Below, one piece after another: positions 16,601-26,109 of a stretch of 31,796 bases of DNA; the first letter of the stretch is position 1, and each line of letters starts with the position of its first letter. The translations under genes and the position numbers were made by a program. The DNA is from a virus (Duplodnaviria > Caudoviricetes). The notes under the pieces are model-generated. The model saw only the letters and a list, made by a program, of their open reading frames with translations. It was not told the origin of the DNA and did not search any database. The stretch covers positions 1-31,796 of the IMG/VR virus record IMGVR_UViG_3300020468_000037; one strand, 5' to 3'.

Positions 16601-19600
16601 ACACACGATGGTACAAGTACGGTAAGACAAGGTATAGGAAATCCAGGTGATGTATTAAAAGTAATTAACACTATTCCTGCATACGAAGATTTAGGTGCAG
16701 TTGCAAACGTATTTTATGTTGCACCAGATGGTTTAGATAACAGTACAACTGGCAGAGGACTTTCAGATTCAGCACCATTTAAATCAGTAAAATATGCTTG
16801 TGATTATATTTTCCAAGATGAAGCAACTAGATCACCTGCTACAATTTTTGTAAAAACAGGTACTTACAAAGAACAACTTCCAATTAAAGTACCGGCAGAT
16901 GTTGCCATTGTTGGAGACGAATTACGTTCAACTAGAATTGAACCGGCAAGTAGTGCATTTGAAGATCAGGATATGTTCAGAGTGCGTAATGGTTGTGGAA
17001 TTAGAAACATGACTCTTGCAGGATTAAAAGGTTCATTAGGAAACATTGACACGTTCCAAACAAAACGTGTTACAGGCGGTGCCTTTGTTGCTCTTGATCC
17101 AGGTGATGGACCAAGTGATCAAAGTGTATGGATTACAAATAAATCAACTTATGTACAAAACGTTTCAACATTTGGTGAAGAATGTATTGGTTTAAGAATT
17201 GATGGTGACCTACACAATGGTGGTAACAAATCTGTTGTTGCAAATGACTTTACACAAATTTTACAACAAGGTATTGGCTTCTGGTGTAGCGGTGAAGGTA
17301 AAGCAGAATTAGTATCAGTGTTTACATACTACTGTCACATAGGTTATCTATGTACTGATGGTGGTAAGGTTAGAGCAACTAACGGTAACAACTCATATGG
17401 TGACTTTGGATCGGTTGCGATTGGATATGATAATTCAGAAAGTCCAATAACAGGTAAAGTTAACAACTGGTCAAAAGAAGCAACTATAAGTCAAGTATAT
17501 AATGATGAAAACCAATTGTTCACAGTTGGATATAATAATGCAGGTAATAATTATACAAGTGGTACTGTTGCTATTACAGGATCAGGACAAAATGCCGCGG
17601 CTAAGATTAGCGAATTTAGAGACAATGGTATTATGGAAGTGCGTGTACTAGATCCAGGAGATTCAAGTATTGCAGGTGGTGCCGGATACACTTTTGTAAA
17701 CAACAGAGCACAACTTGGAGATAGTTTAAGTATCAACATTGCAAACTCTGATACACAACAAGAAAATTATTATCTAAATAAACTTTTGACTATTGTTGAA
17801 GGTGAAGGTAGAGGACAGTATGGTTATATTACAAGTTACGATTGGAACACAGGTGGAGTAATTGCAGGAACAGTTACAAGTTCAACTGATGCTACAAGGA
17901 TAGAAGGAACATACACAGGTAAAGTAGGTCAAAGTAGTAACGCACTAGCAACAGAACCAACTGTAACAATAACAATTGATGCAACAGGTGATGCAACAGT
18001 CTCAGTAACAAATGTTGGAAAAGATAATCTTGCAAATGATATTATCACTTACACTAACACAGACTTTGGTGGACAAGGTGCAGACATTACGTTTTTAATT
18101 AGTTCAGTAAGTTTAGGTAACAAGAGAATGACCATAGCAAGACAGGCAGATGGTATTTCTGGTTGGGAACACTTATTGCCTGGACAACCTATTAAAACTG
18201 TATTAGATGAAACAACTAGATATCAAATTACTCCTAGAATTGATGTATCGGAACCACCATATAGCACACTTAACAATAATGCACCATCAGGTACAGACAT
18301 TAAATCTATGGCGTATCAAAAATTAGGAAATAACAGATTAACAGTTGCAGTTGGTAACAACAGTATTATATGGACCACTGATGGAACAACTTGGAACAAC
18401 GCGGCAAGTTACACTAACTTACCTTATGTAGCAGTTGCAGATGGAAATAATTTCTTTGTAGCAATTGATCAAGCAGGAAATATTAGGAAGTCAGGAGATG
18501 GTACAAACTGGACAAGTGGAGGTACACTACCGTCAGGCACGTATAATAGTTTACTTTACGGAGATGGATATCATGTTGCACTAGCGGACAGTGATTCAAA
18601 TGCTTATGTAAGTACTAACAACGGAGACACTTGGACAACTGTTGCGGCAGGATTTAGTAATGTAAAATTTTTAGCATATGGTAACGGCAAATGGATTGCA
18701 ATGAACGAAGCAGGGGATACTTGGGAAAGTGTAGACAACGGTTCAACTTGGACACAAGGCCCAGACTTAGGTAATGTACAATATGATGTTGCAAGTTTAT
18801 GTTTTGGTAATGGTAGATTTGTAGCGGCGGCTTATGACTCTCCAAATGATATATCAACTGTAAATAATAAATTCTTTTACAGTTTGACAAACAGTAGCAC
18901 TGCGGCAGGTAACACACAATGGTTAATGGGTGAAGATACTCCGGCGGCAGATAATTTTTATGTAACTTACCAACAAGGTGTGTTTGTGGCTGTAAGTGCT
19001 AATGGACAGGTTTGTGTTTCTCCAGATGGAAATTTATGGGATAACAAATCACCTTTAGGTGGAGCATACAATGGAATATTTGCAGGTAGTTCACGTACTG
19101 GTGGTCCACAGTTTTTCCCAACACAAAACGGAACAGTATCTCAAATTACAACAATTGAATATGGTGCTAAGGCAAGAATAATTGCACAAATTGTAAGTAA
19201 CAGAATAAGTGAATTTACAATAGTTGAAGCAGGATCAGGTTATAATAGTGCACCAACATTAAGTATTATTGATCCAGATAAAACAGGATCAGTTACTTAT
19301 GAAGTTAGACTTGGAACTGGAGTATTAGGTCCGATAGAATTTACAAACAGAGGTACAGGATATCTAAACATTGGAGTAACAGTAACTGGAGATGGTTACA
19401 AAGATGAATATCAACTAGGCGAAAAATTAGTTGTAAAAGAATTATCAAGGGAACCAGGACCTGGTGATAACTTATACATTAATGAAATCAATGATGTAGT
19501 TTATAGCATTCAGTCAGTGACAAACTTGGCAGGATCTGAACCAAACTTAACTGCAACCTTAACAATTAGTCCAACGTTAGATAGAGCAGAATCTCCTATT

Positions 19601-20272
19601 CACAATGAAACGTTTATTATTAGACAGAAATACAGTCAGGTAAGATTAACAGGACATGACTTCCTAGAAATAGGTAGAGGAGACTTGTATCAATCAAATT
19701 ATCCATTGTTGATACCAGATGAAAACTATGAGGACAAACCATTTAATGAAACCGCACAAGGTGACGGTGGTAGAGTATTCTATACAAGTACAGACCAAGA
19801 TGGTAACTTTAGAGTTGGTGAATTGTTTGAGGTTGAACAGAGCACAGGTATCGTAACACTTAACGCAAGTTATTTCCAATTAGAAGGATTAACTGAACTT
19901 AGATTAGGTGGTGTAACACTGGGTGGTACTAACGCACTCATACAAGAATTTTCGAAAGACGGTACATTTGCCGCAAATAGTAACAATATTGTTCCAACAC
20001 AAAGAGCAGTAGCGGCTTATATCGCTTCTAGAATATCAGGTGGTGGAGTTAATGTTAATGTTAACGCATTGATATCTGGTGAAGTAAAGATTATTGGTAA
20101 TCAAATTGAAACAACCAGTGGAAATACTATACAAGTTCCAGTAAAAATGAATTTTCAGAAGGGAATTGATGGATCTATGACGGCAATGACGTATTTTACA
20201 GCAGGTGGAGTATTTTCGAATATCGATGAGGGTGATCCTACTACACCACAAGAACAAGGGTATGGTTTATAG
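13655..20272 (+). CDS. Giant virion structural/fibre protein (2205 aa): 8 CBM5/12-like repeats, 3 cupredoxin-like inserts, beta-helix core, Asp-box propeller
   Basis: W...T.Y...D.V.YGG..Y.C...H repeats; YTFDQS..HP..LYYWC..H; FYVAPDG...TIFVKTGTY.E.LP..VP..VAIVGDELRS; S/T.DG.TW repeats; SQVRLTGHDFL and STDQDGNFRVG. Confidence 0.8.
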   Translation: MAEFKLDRIRFRWKGAWSSTTAYIKDDVVSYGGKVYVCIFGHTSVDDTIAGTDFYTDAFDSTNPKWTQMLDGVSWKNTWQPGTYYKVNDIVKYGGQLYQCIIGHDAQSYSPPSSATTYNIVTGFDTVNSPVDKDFVVTVEAGSPSQANGYFFIDDVQTPTLSFVKGKTYTFDQSPGSNGNYNNQAHPLMFSIGPDGDHNGNGHYNTGVTYKLDGATTTMSGYVSGFATATTRSVEIAVPSTAPSTLYYWCHTHTNQGGSINVAEAAGNFYLAGTENRVLSLVEGHQYIFDQSDNSNITFGGQTHPMVLSTYWDGHHNNGSVYANGVTYLLDGSVVTLANYLSGFASASDRKVKFIVPSNPPDKIYYYDYNQADTGTVHTNAGQYFHLYDNGAIGDTDIGNWKILDASDNWRFEWQPLTIYRVGDTISYGGILYRCVTEHTSSNTVTGLELDVAKWTTVIETDSWRGDWTPSTRYFNHDIVRYGGVTKRCVTGHVAQADDNLGIEPDDAKWETLVDGLEYIGEWKAKEDLNITSFAGTSATCVHTFTSDDNGTILKYTQTGTIDSALVDNKNYYIRYVDATNISFHTTKIDATFGRNAITFNADSTGSQTLEVSKKIKVGDIVRYGPTLFRCTTAHVPTSIFSTSFFETWIPGLGFENQWQDSITYQPGDIVTYGGYSYTALTVNTTSVPSANLKLQDTGDWELLTQGYRLGAQYNQDASTQDTASDWKSTTAYKTGDVVRLNGHVFIALRDSTGSEPDDSLTTTTYAVTVGNPGSGNRYYIDGVAEATITLIEGNTYIFNQSDSTNNTNPIYISTQKNGHWVDSSYNYFQAGVVYHLDGTDYLNPQDYDSGFDSATVRYVKITVPRDAYSQLYPVSGNNTNMYGNGVWNTAQSGNTWQTLITGDHWRDYWIESDPVTLSPTNYFLGDIVTYEGTLYRCVKRHTATASGSRPDLDMDYTQDNFWTKVIQGGLTNVLQYRGDIRTHDGTSTVRQGIGNPGDVLKVINTIPAYEDLGAVANVFYVAPDGLDNSTTGRGLSDSAPFKSVKYACDYIFQDEATRSPATIFVKTGTYKEQLPIKVPADVAIVGDELRSTRIEPASSAFEDQDMFRVRNGCGIRNMTLAGLKGSLGNIDTFQTKRVTGGAFVALDPGDGPSDQSVWITNKSTYVQNVSTFGEECIGLRIDGDLHNGGNKSVVANDFTQILQQGIGFWCSGEGKAELVSVFTYYCHIGYLCTDGGKVRATNGNNSYGDFGSVAIGYDNSESPITGKVNNWSKEATISQVYNDENQLFTVGYNNAGNNYTSGTVAITGSGQNAAAKISEFRDNGIMEVRVLDPGDSSIAGGAGYTFVNNRAQLGDSLSINIANSDTQQENYYLNKLLTIVEGEGRGQYGYITSYDWNTGGVIAGTVTSSTDATRIEGTYTGKVGQSSNALATEPTVTITIDATGDATVSVTNVGKDNLANDIITYTNTDFGGQGADITFLISSVSLGNKRMTIARQADGISGWEHLLPGQPIKTVLDETTRYQITPRIDVSEPPYSTLNNNAPSGTDIKSMAYQKLGNNRLTVAVGNNSIIWTTDGTTWNNAASYTNLPYVAVADGNNFFVAIDQAGNIRKSGDGTNWTSGGTLPSGTYNSLLYGDGYHVALADSDSNAYVSTNNGDTWTTVAAGFSNVKFLAYGNGKWIAMNEAGDTWESVDNGSTWTQGPDLGNVQYDVASLCFGNGRFVAAAYDSPNDISTVNNKFFYSLTNSSTAAGNTQWLMGEDTPAADNFYVTYQQGVFVAVSANGQVCVSPDGNLWDNKSPLGGAYNGIFAGSSRTGGPQFFPTQNGTVSQITTIEYGAKARIIAQIVSNRISEFTIVEAGSGYNSAPTLSIIDPDKTGSVTYEVRLGTGVLGPIEFTNRGTGYLNIGVTVTGDGYKDEYQLGEKLVVKELSREPGPGDNLYINEINDVVYSIQSVTNLAGSEPNLTATLTISPTLDRAESPIHNETFIIRQKYSQVRLTGHDFLEIGRGDLYQSNYPLLIPDENYEDKPFNETAQGDGGRVFYTSTDQDGNFRVGELFEVEQSTGIVTLNASYFQLEGLTELRLGGVTLGGTNALIQEFSKDGTFAANSNNIVPTQRAVAAYIASRISGGGVNVNVNALISGEVKIIGNQIETTSGNTIQVPVKMNFQKGIDGSMTAMTYFTAGGVFSNIDEGDPTTPQEQGYGL

Positions 20273-20286
20273 GAATTTACGATTAT

Positions 20287-20294
20287 GATAAATA
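20287..20294 (+). promoter_or_regulatory. T4-late-like promoter GATAAATA
   Basis: Intergenic, upstream of 20322. Confidence 0.7.
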
Positions 20295-20321
20295 TATTAA
20301 AGAAAGCGATAGGTTTCAAAA

Positions 20322-23300
20322 ATGGCAGAATTTAAACTAGGTAGAATCAGATTTATATGGAAAGGTGCATGGTCAACAGGCACTATATACTATAAAGATG
20401 ACGTTATTAGATATGGTGGACGTACATATATTTGTATTCTTGGACACACTGCTTCTGGTACGTTTGAAGCAGATCAATCTACAAAATGGAACAACCTAGC
20501 AGACGGTCAAGAATGGAAAAGTGACTGGGCATTATCAACAATTTATAAGCCAAACGACATTGTAAAATATGGTAGTTTGCTATATGTTTGTAACACAGGA
20601 CATACTTCAGCATCAACAACATCAGATGGATTAGAATTAGATCAATCCAAGTGGGATCTATGGTCAGAAGGTTTTGATTGGAAAGGTGTTTGGGGAGTTT
20701 CAAGTAGATACAAAGTAAATGACATTGTTGCTTATGGTGGAGATTTATATCTTTGTACTGAAAAACACACTTCGGCGGCTTCAACTTCAGATGGTTTAGA
20801 ATTAGATAATGCAAAATGGGACACTTTTGCAAGAGGTCTTGAATGGAGAGGAAACTGGACAGCAACAACAAGATATAGAACTAATGATGTTGTAAAATAT
20901 GGTGGTCAGGTTTATGTTTGTGGTACAGGACACACAGCCGCGGCAACCAATGCTTTAGGTTTAGAAGCAAATCAGTCTAATTGGGATTACCTACACAAAG
21001 GTATTGAGTACAAAGGAAACTGGGCAACTACAACAAGATATAAAATTAATGATTTAGTTAAGTATGGTGGAGACATTTGGATTTGTACTACATATCATAC
21101 TTCAACAACTACACTTGCCGCAGACGAAAGTAACTGGGCAATATTTGTTCCAGGATTAGAATTTGAAGACAGTTGGCAAAATAATGTAAACTATCAACCA
21201 GGTGACGTTGTTACATACGGTGGATATTCTTATATTTCAAAAACAAACAACTTTGCGGCAACACCATTTAACAATACTTCTAACTGGGATTTATTTACAA
21301 CTGGATTTAGTTTAAAAGGTGATTACAACAACACAACAAATTACAAAGTAGGTGATGTTGTAAGAGTAGGTGGTTGGACATATTTGGCAATCGCTGACGG
21401 CGTTGGTAACAGACCACCAGACAATACAAAATGGGATAAATTAAATCAAGGCTTCTATTGGAAAAATACTTGGACTAATGGTGCTTACTATGACAAAGGT
21501 GATACTGTCAGAGGTATTAACAATATTAACTCTTATGTTTGTGTGCTTGAACACACAGCGGATCAAGTAACTGCACAGAATAGACCAGATCAAGATACTT
21601 CAGGAACCAATTGGAATTTATTAAGTGGTGGTGTTGAATCAGGAAACTTAACTACACGTGGTGACCTAGTTTACTACGGTGGAGCAGGACCAACTAGACT
21701 TGCAATAGGTTCACCAGGACAAGTATTAAAAGTAAACGATGCTGGTACAGATCCAGCGTGGGGATACTTTGGTCAGATTGAAGCAGTTTATTATGTTGCA
21801 CCAACAGGAGTAGACGAAGAAGTTCCTGCTTATGGTGTTACATTAGATAAACCTTTCAAGACTGTACAGTTTGGTTTACAACAAATTGAAAAGGGTGCTA
21901 GAAAACCATATGCAACTCAATTATTAAAAAGAAACAAAGCATTTATTGTTGCTGAAACTTTAGCATGGGTTGACAGACAGATTTCAACTAACGCAAGTCC
22001 ATTTAGTGCGGCATTCACTTATACTGCCGCTGATTGGTCAAGAGATTTAAGACATTTATTAGATGGTGTTGAGTTTGATTTGAGTCATGGTGGTAATAGA
22101 AAATCTAGACAGGTTGCTTTAAACTTTTTCAGATCAAATTCATTTAGTTATTATGTAACTAACAGTTCACTTACAACAGAGTGGGCGGCTATGTTGGCTT
22201 ACATGAAAACATTAATTGATGATGTGTTAACACAAAACACTCCAAGCACAAATTATCAAACATTAATGAGTGTGTCTCCTGCAACATTGCAAATTAAAAA
22301 TGCAACTATAAGTGAAGAAGCAGGTGCACAAACAGTAGTTGATAGTTTAATAAATGTTTCAAGAGATGCTATTGTATCAAACAGTGCAACAAGCACAACT
22401 TACAATGTTACAGCGGCAACTTATGATGGCGCTACTGGGGATATGGATTTAACTATTGGTTCTCATAGTTTAGCAGTAAACACAAAAATTATTATAAAAA
22501 CAAACAGTTTAACATTTACTTGTGATAAAGATAATAACGTATCACAGAAAACATATCCAAGAACAACTGACCCAGCATACGTTACTCCAATTGCAATTAC
22601 AAGTACAACAGGTACAACAATTAGAGTAAACGTTGGAAAGAATCCTGATGGAAATTATGCTCACACATTTGTAAGTGCAACATCAGGTGCAGTTTCATTA
22701 GCAAGTGGCGGTGGTATTCCAGCAGAGATAGTTGCTAACGATACATTATTTGTTAAGACTGGAACATTTGCAGAAGTACTTCCAATGGTAATTCCAGAAA
22801 GTTGTGCTGTTGTAGGTGACGAACTACGTTCAACAAAAATTACTCCAGCAGGTCAATTGACAAGTTCAGATGACACTGCATTTAGTTTGTATGGTATTCT
22901 TCATATGAAATCAATCATTGACAATATCATTCTTAACACAAGTATTACAAAACAAACAAACAATCCTTTAACACAGGATACTGCACACCCGGCAGGTGAT
23001 GCCGCGGCAGTAACAAAAGCAGAAGCAGTTGTTGATGCTATACATGATTATATTAATTACAATGTAGTAAGTGATTCAACAGCAGTTAATCCAACAATGT
23101 CAGGACAAATGAGTCCAAACCAAGAGTTGGGCGTAAAAAATGCTATTTTAAGATTAGAAGAAAACAAAGATTTTATTGCAGAAGATGTAACAAATTACAT
23201 TTTAAATACATTCCCAGGATACACTGGTTTTGATGCTACTGCTCAAGCGGCTTGTAAGAGAGACGTAAGAAGATATGTAGAAGCAGTACAGCATGATATT

Positions 23301-25745
23301 CTTTACGATGGAACATACATGGCAATTAGAGCAGGTAGACTTTATGCAAATAGTGTAAGTGGATCTACTTTAGAAAATATGTTCTTTGTTAGAAATGGAA
23401 CAGGTTTAAGAAACTGTACAGTAAGTGGATTAAATGGAACACTTGGAGTAGCAAACTCATTTGGTACTAAACGTCCAACAGCAGGTGCTTATGTATCGTT
23501 GGATCCAGGTTGGGGACCAGCACACGAAGATGTGTGGGTCAAAAACAAATCTTGTTATGTACAAAACGTAACAACATTTGGTACAGGATGTATAGGATTA
23601 AAAATTGACGGTGACCTACACGCAGGTGGTAATGACTCTGTTGTTGCTAACGACTTTACACAGGTACTATCAGATGGTATTGGTGTATGGGTAACAAACT
23701 TAGGTAGATCAGAACTTGTTTCCGTGTTCTCATATTATGGTCACATAGGTTATCTTGCAGAAAACGGCGGTAAGATTCGTGCTACAAACGGTAACTCATC
23801 ATATGGTGATTTTGGTTGTGTGGCGGAAGGTGTTGATGCAACAGAAACACCTATCACAGGATTTGTAGATAACAAAGCAGGTCAGGCACTAGTTGCAAAC
23901 GTAACTACTGACGGTGAAAGAGTATTAACATTAGAATACCTAAATGCTGGACGAGATTATGATCTTGGAGGTGGAACTGCAAACATAGCCATTACAGGTG
24001 AAGGTTATAACTTGGGTACTGTTACTCCTGTTTACAGAACAGGTGGTGTGATGGAAGTTAGAATGCTTGAAACACAAACAAGTCCAAGTAACTTAGGTGG
24101 TGCTGATTACAAATTTGTAAGCAACAATGCTCAGATTGGTAACGCAACACAGATTACAATATCAAACACTGACACAAATACATCAGGCGCATTAGTAGGA
24201 TTAGGAATCTTTATTAAAGCAGGACTTGGTGCAGGTCAGTATGCTTACATTGACACGTATAACTCAGGTACAAAAGTTGCAACTGTTAGAAAATATTCAG
24301 ACGGTACAGCAGGTTGGGATCACTTGTTAGGTGAATCAATCTTAAATTTACTTGACAGTACAACTGCATATGAGATTGAACCAAGAATTACTTTCTCAGC
24401 ACCAACAGGTGATGGTTCAAGTTCAAGCATCAAAGCATTAGGAAGAGCAACAGTTGTTGATGGAAAAATATCACAGATTAGAATTTGGGAACCAGGACAA
24501 GGTTATTTAACTGCTCCTACAATTACAATTACTGATCCTAACAACACAACAGAAGCACCAACAAGTGTAAGAATAGGTGACGGTGTGTTAGCACAACCTA
24601 CTTACGCAGGTTCAACAAACGCAGGTAGAGGTCAAGCATTTGAAACTGCAAGTGCAACTGTAACTGCTACACTTACTGAAACTAATATTACTGGTGTTGC
24701 TTTAAACAATCCAATTAGAGTTACAGCAAGTGGCGGACACACAATTCAAAATGGTGCTAAAGTAAAAATTACAGAAGTTGTTGGAAGTATTCAACTTAAT
24801 GACAATACTTACTTTGCAAAAGTTATTGATGCAAACAACATAGACTTATTCATAGATCCAGCATTAACAACTGGTATTGACGGAACATTAAGTGGCGCTT
24901 ATGGAACTTATCTATCAGGCGGTAAATTAAAATATGGTGGTGGATTTAGAGATCAATTCCAATCAGGACAATATGTAGATGTAATTGGAATGGCAAAATC
25001 ACCAGTTGCAGGATCAAACGTACAATTTAGTAACATAAGTGATACAGTATTCAAACTTGTAAGTGTAACAAACTTGATAGGTCAAGGACCATTCAGTGCA
25101 ACACTTCAAGTATCACCAAACGTTGCAGTAAGCAGTGCACCTGCTCACAATCAAGATACAACAATTAGAATTAGATATTCACAAGTTAGATTAACAGGAC
25201 ATGACTTCTTAGATATTGGTACTGGTAACTTTGCTAATACCAACTATCCAAACATTCCATTACAGAATCCTATTCCAGCAAACGAGACTAGGGAACGTGA
25301 TGGAGGTAGAGTGTTCTTTACTTCAACTGACCAAGATGGTAACTTTAGAGTTGGCGGGTTATTTACAGTTGAACAAAGCACAGGAGTCGCGACCCTAAAT
25401 GCTGATGCATTTAATATTAGTGGTCTACAAGAATTATCACTAGGATCTGTAGCATTAGGATCAACAGGTGCAACTATTAATGAGTTCAGCACTGACGGAT
25501 CATTTGCGGCTAACAGTGATAGTATAGTGCCAACACAAAAAGCAATTAAAACATATATCACATCACAAATAGGTGGTGGTGCTTCCACATTGAACGTTAA
25601 CCAGATAACTGCTGGACTAGTACAAATTTCCGGACAGGAAATTACTACAACAACAGTGGTTCCGATCAATGTAAACGCAACTATGAACTTCAAGGGTGGA
25701 GTTGATGGGACGCCGGTTGCACTAAATATGTTTTTAATGGGATAA
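20322..25745 (+). CDS. Giant virion structural/fibre protein (1807 aa), paralogue of 13655
   Basis: MAEFKLGRIRFIWKGAW start; 8 tandem CBM5/12-like repeats; helical NK.FI.(A)E...RD inserts; FCCH-like insert; same beta-helix and C-terminal motifs as 13655. Confidence 0.8.
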   Translation: MAEFKLGRIRFIWKGAWSTGTIYYKDDVIRYGGRTYICILGHTASGTFEADQSTKWNNLADGQEWKSDWALSTIYKPNDIVKYGSLLYVCNTGHTSASTTSDGLELDQSKWDLWSEGFDWKGVWGVSSRYKVNDIVAYGGDLYLCTEKHTSAASTSDGLELDNAKWDTFARGLEWRGNWTATTRYRTNDVVKYGGQVYVCGTGHTAAATNALGLEANQSNWDYLHKGIEYKGNWATTTRYKINDLVKYGGDIWICTTYHTSTTTLAADESNWAIFVPGLEFEDSWQNNVNYQPGDVVTYGGYSYISKTNNFAATPFNNTSNWDLFTTGFSLKGDYNNTTNYKVGDVVRVGGWTYLAIADGVGNRPPDNTKWDKLNQGFYWKNTWTNGAYYDKGDTVRGINNINSYVCVLEHTADQVTAQNRPDQDTSGTNWNLLSGGVESGNLTTRGDLVYYGGAGPTRLAIGSPGQVLKVNDAGTDPAWGYFGQIEAVYYVAPTGVDEEVPAYGVTLDKPFKTVQFGLQQIEKGARKPYATQLLKRNKAFIVAETLAWVDRQISTNASPFSAAFTYTAADWSRDLRHLLDGVEFDLSHGGNRKSRQVALNFFRSNSFSYYVTNSSLTTEWAAMLAYMKTLIDDVLTQNTPSTNYQTLMSVSPATLQIKNATISEEAGAQTVVDSLINVSRDAIVSNSATSTTYNVTAATYDGATGDMDLTIGSHSLAVNTKIIIKTNSLTFTCDKDNNVSQKTYPRTTDPAYVTPIAITSTTGTTIRVNVGKNPDGNYAHTFVSATSGAVSLASGGGIPAEIVANDTLFVKTGTFAEVLPMVIPESCAVVGDELRSTKITPAGQLTSSDDTAFSLYGILHMKSIIDNIILNTSITKQTNNPLTQDTAHPAGDAAAVTKAEAVVDAIHDYINYNVVSDSTAVNPTMSGQMSPNQELGVKNAILRLEENKDFIAEDVTNYILNTFPGYTGFDATAQAACKRDVRRYVEAVQHDILYDGTYMAIRAGRLYANSVSGSTLENMFFVRNGTGLRNCTVSGLNGTLGVANSFGTKRPTAGAYVSLDPGWGPAHEDVWVKNKSCYVQNVTTFGTGCIGLKIDGDLHAGGNDSVVANDFTQVLSDGIGVWVTNLGRSELVSVFSYYGHIGYLAENGGKIRATNGNSSYGDFGCVAEGVDATETPITGFVDNKAGQALVANVTTDGERVLTLEYLNAGRDYDLGGGTANIAITGEGYNLGTVTPVYRTGGVMEVRMLETQTSPSNLGGADYKFVSNNAQIGNATQITISNTDTNTSGALVGLGIFIKAGLGAGQYAYIDTYNSGTKVATVRKYSDGTAGWDHLLGESILNLLDSTTAYEIEPRITFSAPTGDGSSSSIKALGRATVVDGKISQIRIWEPGQGYLTAPTITITDPNNTTEAPTSVRIGDGVLAQPTYAGSTNAGRGQAFETASATVTATLTETNITGVALNNPIRVTASGGHTIQNGAKVKITEVVGSIQLNDNTYFAKVIDANNIDLFIDPALTTGIDGTLSGAYGTYLSGGKLKYGGGFRDQFQSGQYVDVIGMAKSPVAGSNVQFSNISDTVFKLVSVTNLIGQGPFSATLQVSPNVAVSSAPAHNQDTTIRIRYSQVRLTGHDFLDIGTGNFANTNYPNIPLQNPIPANETRERDGGRVFFTSTDQDGNFRVGGLFTVEQSTGVATLNADAFNISGLQELSLGSVALGSTGATINEFSTDGSFAANSDSIVPTQKAIKTYITSQIGGGASTLNVNQITAGLVQISGQEITTTTVVPINVNATMNFKGGVDGTPVALNMFLMG
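20355..21630 (+). repeat. Eight degenerate ~50-aa coding repeats (CBM5/12 / chitin-binding type 3-like)
   Basis: W.G.W...T.Y..ND(V/I)V.YGG..Y.C...HT......GLE.D..KW units counted in the translation. Confidence 0.8.
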
Positions 25746-25758
25746 AGGAGATAGAACT

Positions 25759-26076
25759 ATGGCAACAGGAAGACTAGGCGCCGCAGATTTAGCCGCAGGC
25801 ACGAATACCACTGTTTATACAGTTCCGGCATCAACTTATGGAGTTGTTACGTGTTCAGTATGTAATAGAGGGAATAGTGCTATTTCGGTAAGAATGGCGG
25901 TTGCAAGTGCAGATACACCCACAAATGGCGAGTACATTGAGTACGATGTAGAAGTTTTAGCCAAGGGAGTACTGGAGAGATCTGGTATCGTTATGGATGC
26001 TGGGAAGAAATTGGTAGTGTACTCATCTGCCGTTAACGTTAGTGCCGTTGTTTTCGGAATTGAAACAACTGCATAA
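25759..26076 (+). CDS. Small virion protein, ~105-110 aa adaptor family (copy 3)
   Basis: SD AAGGAG; TNTTVYTVP......VT.SVCNR...YIEYD...LERSGIV..AG.KLVV. Confidence 0.72.
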   Translation: MATGRLGAADLAAGTNTTVYTVPASTYGVVTCSVCNRGNSAISVRMAVASADTPTNGEYIEYDVEVLAKGVLERSGIVMDAGKKLVVYSSAVNVSAVVFGIETTA

Positions 26077-26078
26077 AG

Positions 26079-26086
26079 TATAAATA
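26079..26086 (+). promoter_or_regulatory. T4 late promoter, perfect TATAAATA
   Basis: Exact gp55 consensus, intergenic, at the head of the 26110-30342 unit. Confidence 0.8.
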
Positions 26087-26109
26087 CTAATAAGGATAAG
26101 GATAAAACA

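Noticed and set aside
20355-21630. CRISPR-like or non-coding tandem array
   Set aside because: The repeats are degenerate and conserved at the protein level within one ORF.
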